A DNA stretch of 63,785 nt, filler included, from Guillardia theta CCMP2712 (lineage: Eukaryota > Protista > Cryptophyta): NCBI RefSeq assembly GCF_000315625.1. It is 6 parts of 6 records of this genome, joined end to end, with 100 filler letters (N's around TTAATTAATTAA, not from the genome) between each part and the next. Parts side by side here need not be neighbours in the genome. Positions count along the whole stretch, not along the records: positions 18,858 to 47,599 come from NW_005434673.1; 5 more parts are not named here. One strand, 5' to 3'. Positions 27,933 to 39,641 of this stretch are shown in pieces (positions within the stretch are counted from its first letter, which is position 1; the number at the start of each line of letters is the position of its first letter). A program made the translations under genes and the position numbers. A model generated the notes under the pieces. The model had not been told where the DNA came from. It ran no database searches and saw only the letters and a program-made list of their open reading frames with translations.

Positions 27933-28880
27933 ATGGCACAGGAAAGGAGGAGACCAACTGGCATGCAGAGGAGAACCGTAAGCAGCTTCTCCATCCTCCT
28001 GCACACATAGGACAAGACTCTGACTCTCCTTCCTCTCCCTCAGCCAGTCCTCCCCTCCCTTCACCTCCTCCCTCTTCCTCCTGCTCGGGAGGCTGTAGCT
28101 GATCAAGAACTGCAGGCTGAGACCGTATGAGATGCCTCGAGGCCCTCAGCTCGCATGGGGGAGTCGTAATGGCGTCTCTAGCTCTGTGAAGGGCGTCTAC
28201 TTCGGGAGGCCCGGCCTTCCTCGCGTCACATTTGCTAGTCTGTCGTCAAGCCCAAGGTAAGCGCTGGTGGTTGAAGAGGAAGGGTAGGAGGCTGTTGTGG
28301 GAGAGGAGGAGGAGGGAAAGGAGGAGGGGGGGTGGGAAGAGATCGGACTCTGATCCATCGGTCGCTGATTCCAGCGATGCAGTCTGGGCCCGCCGTCCGG
28401 CCTGGGGAAAGCAGCGCCGAAGCAGCAGTCAGAGCAGTGGAAGAAGCGGATGAAGAACTACATGATCGAACAACCCGTCTCCTTCGTCCTCGAGGGTGTC
28501 ATGGGACACAACATGCAGGATGCCGACTCGATCCGGCAGCTCAGGAGACAACTAGGGCATGCAGAGCAGTTCTATCAGGTGGAGGATCATGAGCTGAAGG
28601 CCGAGATGTCGCGGCTGAAGCTCGTCCTTGATCGCAACGAGATGGAGCTGGAGGAGGAGGAGAGCAGACGGAGGAAGCTGGAGGAGCGGATTGGGCAGAG
28701 GAGGAGAGAGCTGGCGGTGACGAGAGGTGCGGGTGGTGCAGCTGCGTGCTGAAGTGTGTGCAGGCTGTTCAGCAGATGCAGGAGGAGAACGTCAGAGAGC
28801 TGGAGGAGCTTTACGAGCTCAAGAGGATCGTCGACAGCAAGTCGACCAAGAGAGACATCTTCGAGTTCTACATGAATCCG
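27933..28880 (+). CDS. Coiled-coil hypothetical protein, multi-exon; 3' end uncertain
   Basis: Phase-compatible GT-AG splicing joins MAQERRRPTGMQRRT / LIKNCRLRPYEMPRG... / LGPPSG...MKNYMIEQ...ELKAEMSRLKLVLDRNEMELEEEE / AVQQMQEENVRELEELYELK. Confidence 0.5.
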
Positions 28881-29246
28881 CGTCGGAAAGGTGGAGGAAG
28901 AGGAGGAAGTGGTGTAGCAGGAGAGGGAGAGGGAGAGGGCGAGAGAGGAGAGAGAGAGAGAGCAGGAGGAGAGGGAGCAGAAGGGGGAGAGGGGGAGGGG
29001 AGGGGAGAGAAAGGTAGGGAGAGGGAGAAAGTAGAGGGGGAGGGAGAAAGTGGAGGGGGAGGGAATGTAGAGGTTTGATTCATGTTTAACATACTTGCAT
29101 GTGTACAATAATTACATAGATGGTACGAACCCAAACAACTCACACTACAGTACCAACATTCTCCCCTTCCGATTCCTCGGCACCTTCACCTGGTCATGAC
29201 GTCCTCTGCTGCTACAAGGTAACCTCGCTCTGTCAAGCACCGCGGG

Positions 29247-29642
29247 TCAGGATGAGAGAGGAGCGGGGAGAAGGCGACTACGTGCGGCAAACTCAGCGAG
29301 GAGGCGTTTGACGTGCGGGGCTGTCTTCTTGTACTCAGTTGTCTCCGTGATCCTGCAGGACGTTGAGGAGGGAGGGAGGGGGACGAGGACAAGACGGAGA
29401 GAGAACAAGGAGATGGAGACAGCAATAGTCTGAGGAAGAGGAAGGAGCGGAGAGAGATGGAACAGGAGGAGTAGGAGGGAGGAGGAGGAGGAGGAGGAGG
29501 AGGAGGAGGAGGAGGAGGAGGAAGAGTTTACNNNNNNNNNNNNNNNNNNNNNNNNNNNNNNNNNNNNNNNNNNNNNNNNNNNNNNNNNNNNNNNNNNNNN
29601 NNNNNNNNNNNNNNNNNNNNNNNNNNNNNNNTTTAGTGAGAG

Positions 29643-29735
<93 letters not shown>

Positions 29736-30898
29736 AGGCGGTCAACATACTTGTAAGACAGAGATGGCATTCTCGGGCCGAAGTCTCGTAGCCAACTCCT
29801 CGGCGATCAATTCAGAAATCTGTGAAGCGGACAGGAAGAAATGTCAGAGTCGTAAGAAGCACGTCGTTGTCAAGGCCAATTAGCAAAGTTATCATCATCA
29901 TCTTCTTCAACATGTCGTGATCATCGCTGGCACCTGGGGATGAAATCCAAGACAACGAGAGATGGCGTAGAAAGCTTGCAGAGTTTGAGTTTGGCCTTCC
30001 ACCACATTACTACCTTCGCCTCTCACCTCCTCTTCTCCTATCCTCCTCCTCCAAACTCACAAGTTGAGATTAGCTTCGATTCTCCCAACCCCAAAGCGAA
30101 CTGCAGTACAAGTGTATGTCAGCAACTATGAGGCATCTGACACGTTTGACAGATATGAGGAACATCTGATATGTTTGCTTCTTCACCTTCAACAACTTCG
30201 ACACCTTCTCCTTGCTGATCCACGATCCAACCTCCTCTGGCAATGTGACAACGAGCTCTGCCCTCTCCTCCTCCTCCTCCTCCTCCTCCCGGCTCGCCAC
30301 ACAGATCCGTACGAGCTCTGAGACCCGGGCGAGCAGGAACGAAGGAGAGCACAGCGTTCCATCGGAGCAGGAAAGGAGCACAGAGGAGAATGGCGATGTC
30401 ATCGGAGGCAGATCCAGCATCGTCACCAAGTCCTGCTGGAAGGAGGAGGACATCGAGGTGGTCTTGTCCTCGAGCACCTGCTGCTCCACCTCCTCGGGCA
30501 GGTCGAAGGATCGGAGGAGGACGCGGGAGAAGGGGAGGAGGGACTTGCTGTAGATCCTCCTGCAGGAGGACAGCAGGGCAGGCAAGCGGAGCAGCTCTGC
30601 TAGCTGGCCAAGAGCATGGGCGACCATGACGCCGATGGGGAAGGAGAGAGGAGGGAAGGAGGAGGAGGAGAGGAGGGAGGGAAGGGAGGAAGCGAGGGCG
30701 GGAGGGATGACGATGGAATCTGTGTAGAGGTACCACAGCAAGAGGAAGACGACTTCGCCACGAGCTGGCAGGACGACAGTCGGCTGCTGCTCCGCTCTTT
30801 CCCTCCTCTTCGCGTCTTTCTCCTTCTCCAAGGTGAACATCTCGAACAAAGCCTTGCACCTTGCAAAGAGCACGCTAGAGTGAACGCCGATCTGAAAC

Positions 30899-30953
<55 letters not shown>

Positions 30954-32621
30954 GAATGTAGCAATCACATTCTTGCTGAAGGAGAAGCTGCGGAAGGAGC
31001 ATGTAAGAGAGGGCATGCACAGCTTGCCCAGGAACTTTTTCAACCTCATCGACAACTTTCTCGTCACCTTCTCCTCCATCTCCCACCCTCGCCAGTTCCT
31101 CAACTTTGCACAGTGACGATGAGTAACTTGACAGGTTGTCCTTGACCTTGTGCAGATCTTGACGCAGCTTCCAGCGACGATCGAAGTTCCGCTGGAGTGG
31201 AGGAGGCAGACTGTTGTTCTCGAGATGAAACTGCTGCATCGCCTGCATGCCGAAGAGGCCGGAGGGAACAGAGAGGATGTTGTTGTCCGAGGCATCAAGC
31301 AGCTGCAACGAGGTCAATCTTGACACGTCAGGCGGGATCCACGAGATGTAGTTGTGAGAGACGTCAAGTGACAACAGCTGCTTGAGTTCGAATAGGCCGG
31401 AGCAGAGGCAGGAGAGCAAGTTGTGGGATGATTTCAGAACCCCCAGCATCCTCATCCTCCGGAGCGAGTCGGGGAGGAGGCGGAGGGAGTTGTGGGAGAT
31501 GTCAAGAGTCTGGACGAGCTCGAAGGAGGCCAGGAGCCTGTTTGGGAGGCGGGAGAGGTGGCAATGAGAAAGATTCACCTCCTCGAGACTGAAGATCTTC
31601 ACAGAGCTCTTGATCAGTCCGATAATCTGCTGTCTCCTCTCCTCCTCCCCCCGCGCCTCCCTCACCCTCTTCGTCCAGATCGCCCTCTCCTCCTCCTCCG
31701 CCGCCACCCCTGACCGTAGCACTCTCTCGCTGGCTCTCTCCTGCCCTTTCCTCTGCTCTAATCTCTTCATCCTCATCTCCAGCTCCTCCAACCTCGACAT
31801 CATCTGATTTCCGCCCTCCTCCGCGTGCGCTGACCATGCTCGCTGGGCTATCCTTTCCTCCTCCTCCCCTACCTGCTGCACCCTCGCATCTCCTCTGCCT
31901 CCTCCCACTCTCTTGGTCTCGCTGGGGGGCAAGCTCGGAACCACAACCATCCTTCCTCCCTCTCCTCCTCCTCCTCCTCCTCCTCCTCCTCCTCCTCCTC
32001 CCTTCAACGGAGTTTCAGCCACCAAGTCGATTGCGCTGACGTCCAGCTCCTCCGGGAATGCCACTTGCTCCTGGTCACTCGCCTTCTCCCGCGTCCTCCT
32101 GGGAGGAGGGGAAGAAGCGTTTTCACTCGCCGTCCTCTTGCTGTGCTCAAAGAGAGCCCTCCCTCCCCGCTGCGGCTGCTCTCCTACAACCTCCGGGACG
32201 GCGAACAAGTCGGTGTGTATCTTGTCCTTGACCGCCATGCTCTTCGCTGCGAGGGAGGAGGAGGAGGAAGCTGTTCCGTCTGTCCTTGGGGTCGAGGCCA
32301 TCTTGGCGGGAGGAGCGGGAAGAGGAGCAGGTTGATGCCGGAGGGCGGCGTCCAGGTGAATGACGCCAGAGGCTGTGGAGCGAGGGGTGTTGAGCTTGGA
32401 GGAGGAGGCAGAGTTTGTCTCTGACATGCTGTCGACGGATAGGGAGGCGCGATACACGTCCGAACCTCCTCCTCCTCCTGCGCTGTCCTGAGACGCGTAC
32501 CCGACTTCACCTGCTCCCTCGTCCTCGTTCTCAGCTGAGGAGGAGACGGGAAAGCGGCTGGAGAATCTGGAGAGGGCAGCTCGGATAGCGTCACTGTCTA
32601 TGTCGCCTCGCTCCTTGATCC

Positions 32622-32658
<37 letters not shown>

Positions 32659-34499
32659 GCTCGCTCTCCCCAGAGCTTCCTCATCCTCCCTCCTCACCTT
32701 CACATCCTGCTGCTCCTCTGACCGTGTGCCTGCCTGCGTGACCTGCCATGGCTTCTCATCGTCGGAGGAGATGTGTGGAGGGAGAGGGCTGAGAGAGAGG
32801 GAGCTGGTGGAGGAGAAGGCAATGGGGCTGACGGAGGAGGAGGAGCCAGCCGTTTTCGCCGTGTCTCCTTGCTCCACATCAACGGCGAGGTGGATTTTGC
32901 CGAAACGGCCGAGAGACGTCAGCTGGACTTCTGCTGACCGTTCGTCCTCATCGGCAGGTGGAGAAGGTGAAGATTTCGGTTCCTCCGCCGGGATGCTGAG
33001 CTGGATGTTACCAAATTTGGAGAAGAGAGGAGGAGGAGAAGGAGAGCGGGAGGGGGATCGCGAGTTCCGATCCTCCTCCTCGCTATCTGCACCTGGGACA
33101 CTCAGCTGAACGTTTCCAAACTTGGAGAAGAACTTGTTGTTGCTCCCATCTTCATCTCGATCATTGTCGAAGCTTGCATCCTCCTCCACTTGTTCCTCCT
33201 CCCCGTGCCGAAGGCTGTAGCCAATCGGAGGAGCTATCTCCTCCTGATGACGGACCTGGACGACTTGGTTCGGCTTGAAGTCTCTGGCAAGCTCGAAGGC
33301 GCCATAGCTCATCTCATCGTCATCGAAGAAGTTCCTCCCTCCCCAGATCTTTTCATTCCTCCGCCTGGCATCCTCCTCCTCCTCCTCGCCCTTCTCCACC
33401 TCCTCCTCCTCCTCCTCTCGTTCTGCCATGACTGCCACTTGCTCAACGAAACGCCCCCCTCAACCCTGCCTTGCTCTTCTTCACGATGCATCGCCTCCTC
33501 CACAACGTCCGAGTCCTCTCCCTCCCTGTCTCTCCCTATCATCGTCCTCTGCTGCGCAATGCGCGACACAGGAGGTCGCAAATTCCTAGCATGCTCCAAT
33601 GAAGCCTTCAGCCTCGCCTGGCTGTCCGAATCCATCTCGTCCTCCTCCTCATCCTCGTCCTCGTACGACATGTCGTACTGCCAGGTGTTCCTGTAGATCA
33701 GTGACGATCTGTTCGGCATGAGCTGCAGATCATCATCCAGCGCAGACAGCACGTCTTTCTGCATGTTCGCATGCAACCTCGTCGCTCCTTGCCCTTGGCG
33801 CTGGTGGGCAGCGCCCAGCCGGCTGCCCTGGATGCTGCAGTACACATCCTCCTCCACCGCGTCCTCGTCGAAGTCAGAATCTCCCCCGAACGCGCGAGAA
33901 CGCACTGAGGGGATCGACTCCATTCCCACAGCTCGATTCTGCCGCGTCTGCCTGGCGATAGTTTGCGCGAACGTCGTCGCGCTGTCCGACTCTGAATCTG
34001 ACCTATGATGCACGGGATGCGAGGTGCGCGAGGGCATAGATTCAGACTCACTCCCGTCGCCCCATCCTCCCAAGGAGGAGGAGACCTTGCCGCCTCCTCC
34101 CGAGGAGGAGGAGACCTTGCCACCTCCTCCCGAGGAGGAGGAGACTTTGCTTCCTGGAGCTGATCTCGGCTTGTCGAACCAATCCCTTGTACCTTCCATC
34201 CTCAACAAGGTGTTTTGCCTCCCTGGCTCCGTTGCCTCGACTTCCTTGCTCCGACTGCGAGATCGTCTCCTCCTCCGCCTCTTCTTCTTCTTCTTCTCAT
34301 CTTCTGCTTGATCGGATCCATCAGCTGTCTTCTTCTTCTTCGTCTTCGTCTTCGTCTTCTTCGTCTCTTTGTTCACTCGTTCCTTGGGACCTTCCAGCTT
34401 CACAGGTTTCGCCTCGTCGATCTCCGTCCCGATGTCGATGTCATCGGAAGAGATGCTGGACACCGAGAAACTAGCGTCATCCTCGACGTTGCTGGCCAT
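29247..34499 (-). CDS. Large LRR + BTB/POZ-domain protein, multi-exon
   Basis: Long acidic low-complexity N-terminus and about six LRRs (LEEVNLSHCHLSRLP, LDISHNSLRLLP, LDVSHNYISWIP, LDASDNNILSVP). Two BTB-like segments (IGVHSSVLFARC...LLWYLYTD; FLLARVSEL) and BACK-like LRPENAISVLQ; probable last exon ends at 29247. Confidence 0.78.
29645..29732. repeat. (GA)n microsatellite beside an assembly gap
   Basis: Directly visible. Confidence 0.95.
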
Positions 34500-35617
34500 G
34501 ATAATCTGCACTGCCGATGAGCAGGCAGGAATAAATGCTAAAGATCAACTGTGGGACAGACTAACAACTTGCGTTCATCCATGCACCCCGAAAGTAACGA
34601 GCAAGGTTCGGTGACTTGCATCTCGAGTGCCATGATGTCTTCTTTCTCTTGTTATCTCTGCCTCTTCCACATCATCCCCTCCTCCTCCCCCTCCTCTGCT
34701 CTCTCGCTCTGACATAGGCTAGTCGCTTGCATTGAAGAAGCGGGGTGATGGGCGTACCAGGGGTACTCCCTCCATGGCAGACAATTTGAGGAAGGTGGGG
34801 TACTGGGGTACAGAGTGGAATCAAAGGGGGTAGTTGAAACTTGTTTCGATTTTGTAGGGGTACTTTTTGAATTTGAATCCAAATGTCGTTATGATATGGG
34901 GTATTCGGAAGTCAAAATAAGGGGTGAATAATAGAGAAGGGGGTAGGGGGTACATATTTTGAATGGAGTACCCCTAGACCTCATGACTTGTCGGAAGGAA
35001 ATCCAAATCAGATTCACGACATGCGACTGATGAAGGATCAGAAGTGAGGGAGGAAGAAGACGAGAGAGATGAGGAGATGAAAGGACAGTAAGACGGGAGG
35101 GAGTGAGGGAGGGGGAGGGAGGGGAGGGAGGGAGGGAGGAGGAGGGAGGGAGAGGGAGAGGGAGAGGGAGAAGTAGAAGGGGGAGAGAGAAAGGGAGGAG
35201 GAGGGGAAGGAGAGGGGAGGAGAGGGGAGTGAGGCAGAGGCAGAGGAGAACGGAGGGAGGGAGGGAGGGAGGGAGGGAGTTAGAGGGAGAAACGTGCCGG
35301 GGTATAAGTGAGAGATGCATGAGAGGTAAAGTGAAATCTTACCTCAATCATCAGTAGGCTGGTGAGAATCGATCGAATGAAAATGGCTGAAAATGGCTGT
35401 TTGCATTGGAACAGACAACAGATATTAGTGTACGAGAAGAAAGCTGCGAGATCTGTGTGTTCAGTTGATGGTGACGACGTTGATATTCCACGGATAGATT
35501 GCCGTCGGGGATGGCATGTTGTCCCCTGGAGCTGACAAGTGTTTGAACAGGAGCAGGAGAGGGGAAGCAGGAGCAGGACGCAGTGAGTTGAGATCTTGAA
35601 GTAACACAGCCAAGGGC

Positions 35618-36977
35618 ATGGCGATGTTTGGAAAGCTAATAGTTAGGAGGATAGTTGACAGACTTTCATCTCGTTCATTACGGAGAATTGAGAGAAGCGC
35701 CGTTTTGATTGCCCACAAGATGAAAGATGGGCAGACTGTGCACCGAACATGGACGATGGGATCATACGCTCTGACCCATCGATTGCGAGCACTACCATGC
35801 ATGTTCTGTCTGCAAATAGAACCACGCGCGAGCCAAACATGTTGGCCTTCTCACAAGAAGGTGTTTTCATGCTATGATCTGCGTGTCTCAATGTCCCGTG
35901 CTGAGTGCTTGTGTTGAGGAGCAAGGATTGACTCTTGTTTAGCAGGACGTGAACTCGCGGCACTTCTCTTCCAACCCTCAGTCTATCAAGAGATATTACA
36001 CCATTCCCAACTTCATCTGCGTGTCGAGGATCGCTGCCACTCCGGTGAAGTCGCTTCTGCCTGGAGCCCCTAGTCACGTCCTCGCCTTTGTACAGCTGAT
36101 ATGCCACCTTATGCTCAGCGGGCAAGACGAGATGGCGTTCTATGGCCTTGCTGTGGCGGCGATCAGTGACGGTCGGTGGAGTCCCTGGAGATTTCCTTGC
36201 CATGACAGCGCCCGGCAGGTCTGGATGGCTTCATTGCAAGAAATTTCGACCAGAAGTCCGTGCTGGGCTCGCATCTCGATCCGCTCTCGGACAAGGTCCT
36301 GGTGAACTCGCTCATGATCGCTTGCGCCGTGAGCTGCGGGATATTTTCCGTTTCTTCCGATCACTCTCCTTACAGATGAAGGGGACTCTGCCAGTCTGGC
36401 TGGTCTCGACGGTGTTTTTCAGGGATTTCTTGCTCGTAGCAGGATCTTTCGCCGTTGCCATGTGAGTTTCATTCGCGTCCATGATATCTTAAAAGTTTCA
36501 TCTAGAAAAGGTGCATCTAAGGCCCATCAGCCACTGACTAAGTTTGTCCTTGATTCCGACAAGCCGTTGGAGATCAAAGTGGCGCCGTTTTCCCCTACGT
36601 AAGGCATGCTGATGGCGTCATTCAGGCTTCTTTCATCTCAAAACTCAACACCGTGTTGCAACTTGCCCTGTTAGCAAGTGAGTTGGATCTTGTTTCACAC
36701 GCGGGATTGTGTAACATTCACTTGAGGTGCCATGGGAGGATTCGCTTTCCCACAAACACAAGTTATGTACATGGTCAGATTTTGGATGCCAAGCATTCAG
36801 ATAACTTAAGTCTTTCAGGTACCAATGTTGTCATATGCAACAGCTACTACCACATGGATGTCACTCATAGGGTATGTATACACTCCTGGAATCAAGGATG
36901 AGAGCTTTGGAAATCAGAAACAAAAGATGGTTCACTCCAAAATTAGTTCATTAAAGTTGCAAAAACAACGGATGTAG
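35618..36977 (+). CDS. CRLS1: Cardiolipin synthase (CMP-forming), CDP-alcohol phosphatidyltransferase, multi-exon
   Basis: [17 protein letters not shown]; [31 protein letters not shown] (CDP-alcohol motif D-x2-DG-x2-AR-x8-G-x3-D-x3-D); [16 protein letters not shown]; [10 protein letters not shown]; Arg-rich mitochondrial-type N-terminus. Confidence 0.88.
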
Positions 36978-37030
36978 ATGGAATGAAAGGTTCACACAAA
37001 GAAAATTAAAAGAACAAAAAATACAGAAAT

Positions 37031-37768
37031 CTAAAAAACCGACTCATTCCAGGCGTTCGGCACTGAAGGCTCGTCATCGAACGAAGAATGCCAGGCATCT
37101 TCGAACTGAGTCATTGTGAACTCGCTCTTCTTGTAACATCCATCCATCGAAGAAATAACTTCTTCGGTCTGCTTGAACAAAGTACCTTCCAGAGGGAATT
37201 CCTGCTCCAAGAATGCATCTGGAATGGGAGCGAGTTGCCAACATTCACTCGAAGAAGTCGTTTGCACAGCAGGAGCAGAGCTAGCTGAAGCGAAGCGGTG
37301 ATCAACCTCCTCATTCGGTGAAGCAGGACCGTCGTTGGAAGCAAATCCGCACATCGAGTCCATGCAGTACTGAAGGCTGGGAAAGTTGAGAGATGGACCA
37401 ACGGTCTCCTCGACCTCAGGTGCTGGCTCCTCGGGCTTGGCCTTGGTTGAGCTGGCCTTCGCGCTTGTCTTGCTCTTCTTGGCCGACTGCTTGGCCGCCG
37501 CCATTGTTTGACGGTATGGCCACTTCATGATCCCAAGCTTTCTGCACGCCTTCTTCATGGCAGTGGGGCAAACACCGAGCTCTTCACATGCAGCGAGCAT
37601 AGGCATTGTGAAGTAAGGGGTGATGAATTCCTTGGTGACGAACACAGGGCTGCAATCATCATGCTTGCTATTTGTGTTAACGGTCTTCCTCCTTGGAAAG
37701 ATGACCGAGAACTCATCACTTGGGAGCCTCTTCATGCCTTCAGGGGCGGGTCCTTCGATGGTAGACAT
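37031..37768 (-). CDS. RWP-RK domain transcription factor
   Basis: VIFPRRK...ITPYFTMPMLAACEELGVCPTAMKKACRKLGIMKWPYRQ. Confidence 0.9.
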   Translation of the reverse strand: MSTIEGPAPEGMKRLPSDEFSVIFPRRKTVNTNSKHDDCSPVFVTKEFITPYFTMPMLAACEELGVCPTAMKKACRKLGIMKWPYRQTMAAAKQSAKKSKTSAKASSTKAKPEEPAPEVEETVGPSLNFPSLQYCMDSMCGFASNDGPASPNEEVDHRFASASSAPAVQTTSSSECWQLAPIPDAFLEQEFPLEGTLFKQTEEVISSMDGCYKKSEFTMTQFEDAWHSSFDDEPSVPNAWNESVF

Positions 37769-39407
37769 ATCAAATCGTTTGGAACAACAAACAGTTGCAA
37801 ATCTGACTGTGGGATGACAGAGCTGATGCAACTTGTGCGAACTCCTTATTGATCTTCAACCTGTAGTGAAGTGTTGCAAACTCGTCTAGGAGCACCTTGT
37901 ATGCTTTTCTGAACCAGTAAACAAGTGAAGCACGAACTCCCTCCTTTCTCCTCTCTTCGCACGCGGCGGCGGGTGTGGGACGGAGGCTGTGGACCCTACC
38001 TCTTTCACAGCCTCCCCTTCCACCCCCTACATATCCACCCTGATGCAAGTTGCTGTACCCTACCTCTTCCAAGATAGATGCTTTTTGGTGACCCACCCCC
38101 CTGAAACCATTCGCTCTCATGCACTTTATAAGTTACTTCATTTCACCTTGAGTTGACTCTACCCCCTATAATCCTCACAAAAGACTATTTCACACCGGTA
38201 TGTGAAAATACTAGGGGTACAGTGCTATGCTGGAACCTCTCCCACCCATAAAATTGAGCGCTTTTACACTACCCCACCCCGTTAGAAATTGTATGGACCC
38301 CACCACACAGGTACCCCGTTATGTTGCCAGTGATTTCACATCCCTTGGCCTTGCCACCCCATCTTCAAGAGACTACCCTACCCGGGTGTCTCCACTCTAT
38401 TTTGGAGGCGGATAGAGTATACATTGGTGGGGTGTTTGAATGTAAAAGGAAGGGGTTATTGTGGATACCCTGGACAAAACCACCGGTACATCTAAAAGTG
38501 CACGTAATCCACCCCTACCCCCACATATCCCTCTGACTGCTTCACCACGATGGATAGGCTTCTTAGGTCATAATAAGATTGCTAGGACCAAACACCAGCC
38601 TGCTTGAGGTACGGTTTTTCCTCCGACCTCCCTATGGGGGACTATGGACACCCAGTATCACCAGCAGGTCATATTACATTCGACCCACGCATCTCGGTAT
38701 GTCTGTTAAAATACTTGTACAGAAGGGATCGTAGGTGTAGTAAAGAAGGAGATCGAACTCCGGTGACGAAAGTAGATCTTTTCCATCACTACACTTCTGT
38801 CATCCGTGAAGGTTTTTCGAGTGACGAGGTATACATTTTCAACAAGACACAAAACTTTTCCTGATATTTCAAAATTTCACCTGTGTATTTAGCAAATAGT
38901 TTCAAATTTGTCCGAACAGAGATGAGGATCCTTTTTAGGGAGAAGAATTAAACATGTATTTATAATAAAAAGCATTATAAAATAAAAACAAGATATGTAT
39001 CGGGCAGAACCTCCCCTCTACCCCTTATTTTCCTTGGATTTTGAGGGTACCACTGACTTTACGTGCATGGAGCTAACAACTACGCCATGAGTCAGTACCC
39101 CACCCCTAAACTTATCATAGAAATACAGGGGTAGTACTCTTTGACTCATGAAGAGGCCAGACGGAGCATATGCCCGATAGGCTTCTGTAAAATCAAATCA
39201 TTTTCTAAATGCACAACAGAAAATTGAAATTTTCCAGCAATTATTAGTTATGACTGCCAAAACCTGGTCTTTTATCTGCTAACCTCTTGGACCAGCAACG
39301 ACCGTTTGTGATATCGTAACCGAAGATGGACACGACTTACTGGCCCGCCCCAAGTTCAGTAGTATATTTTTTGCCTATATATACTCGTATACATATTGGA
39401 CGTTTAA

Positions 39408-39479
39408 GCGTTCGTAGTGTAGTGGTTAGCACATCAGCCTTCCAAGCTGGTGGCCCGGGTTCGAGTCCCGGCGATCGCA
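39408..39479 (+). tRNA. tRNA-Gly (anticodon TCC)
   Basis: 72-nt cloverleaf with acceptor GCGTTCG/CGATCGC (one U:U pair) and A-box TAGTGTAGTGG. Anticodon arm TCAGC-CT TCC AA-GCTGG, B-box GGTTCGAGTCC, followed by a T5 Pol III terminator. Confidence 0.96.
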
Positions 39480-39641
39480 TTCTTTTTGCCTACACAGATA
39501 TTACCTCCCACAAGAGCTGCCAATATGGCAGGCTCTATGGACATATCTTGATGTCCTTGATACAGTCATGTGATGTCCTTGGTACAGTCATGAACTGAAC
39601 TTTTGTTGTATGGACACAAAATTTCTTGTATTCACAGACGT

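Noticed and set aside
38604-38864. ORF in the AT-rich region between the RWP-RK gene and the tRNA
   Set aside because: Short, non-ATG start and no recognisable motif in the frames I examined.
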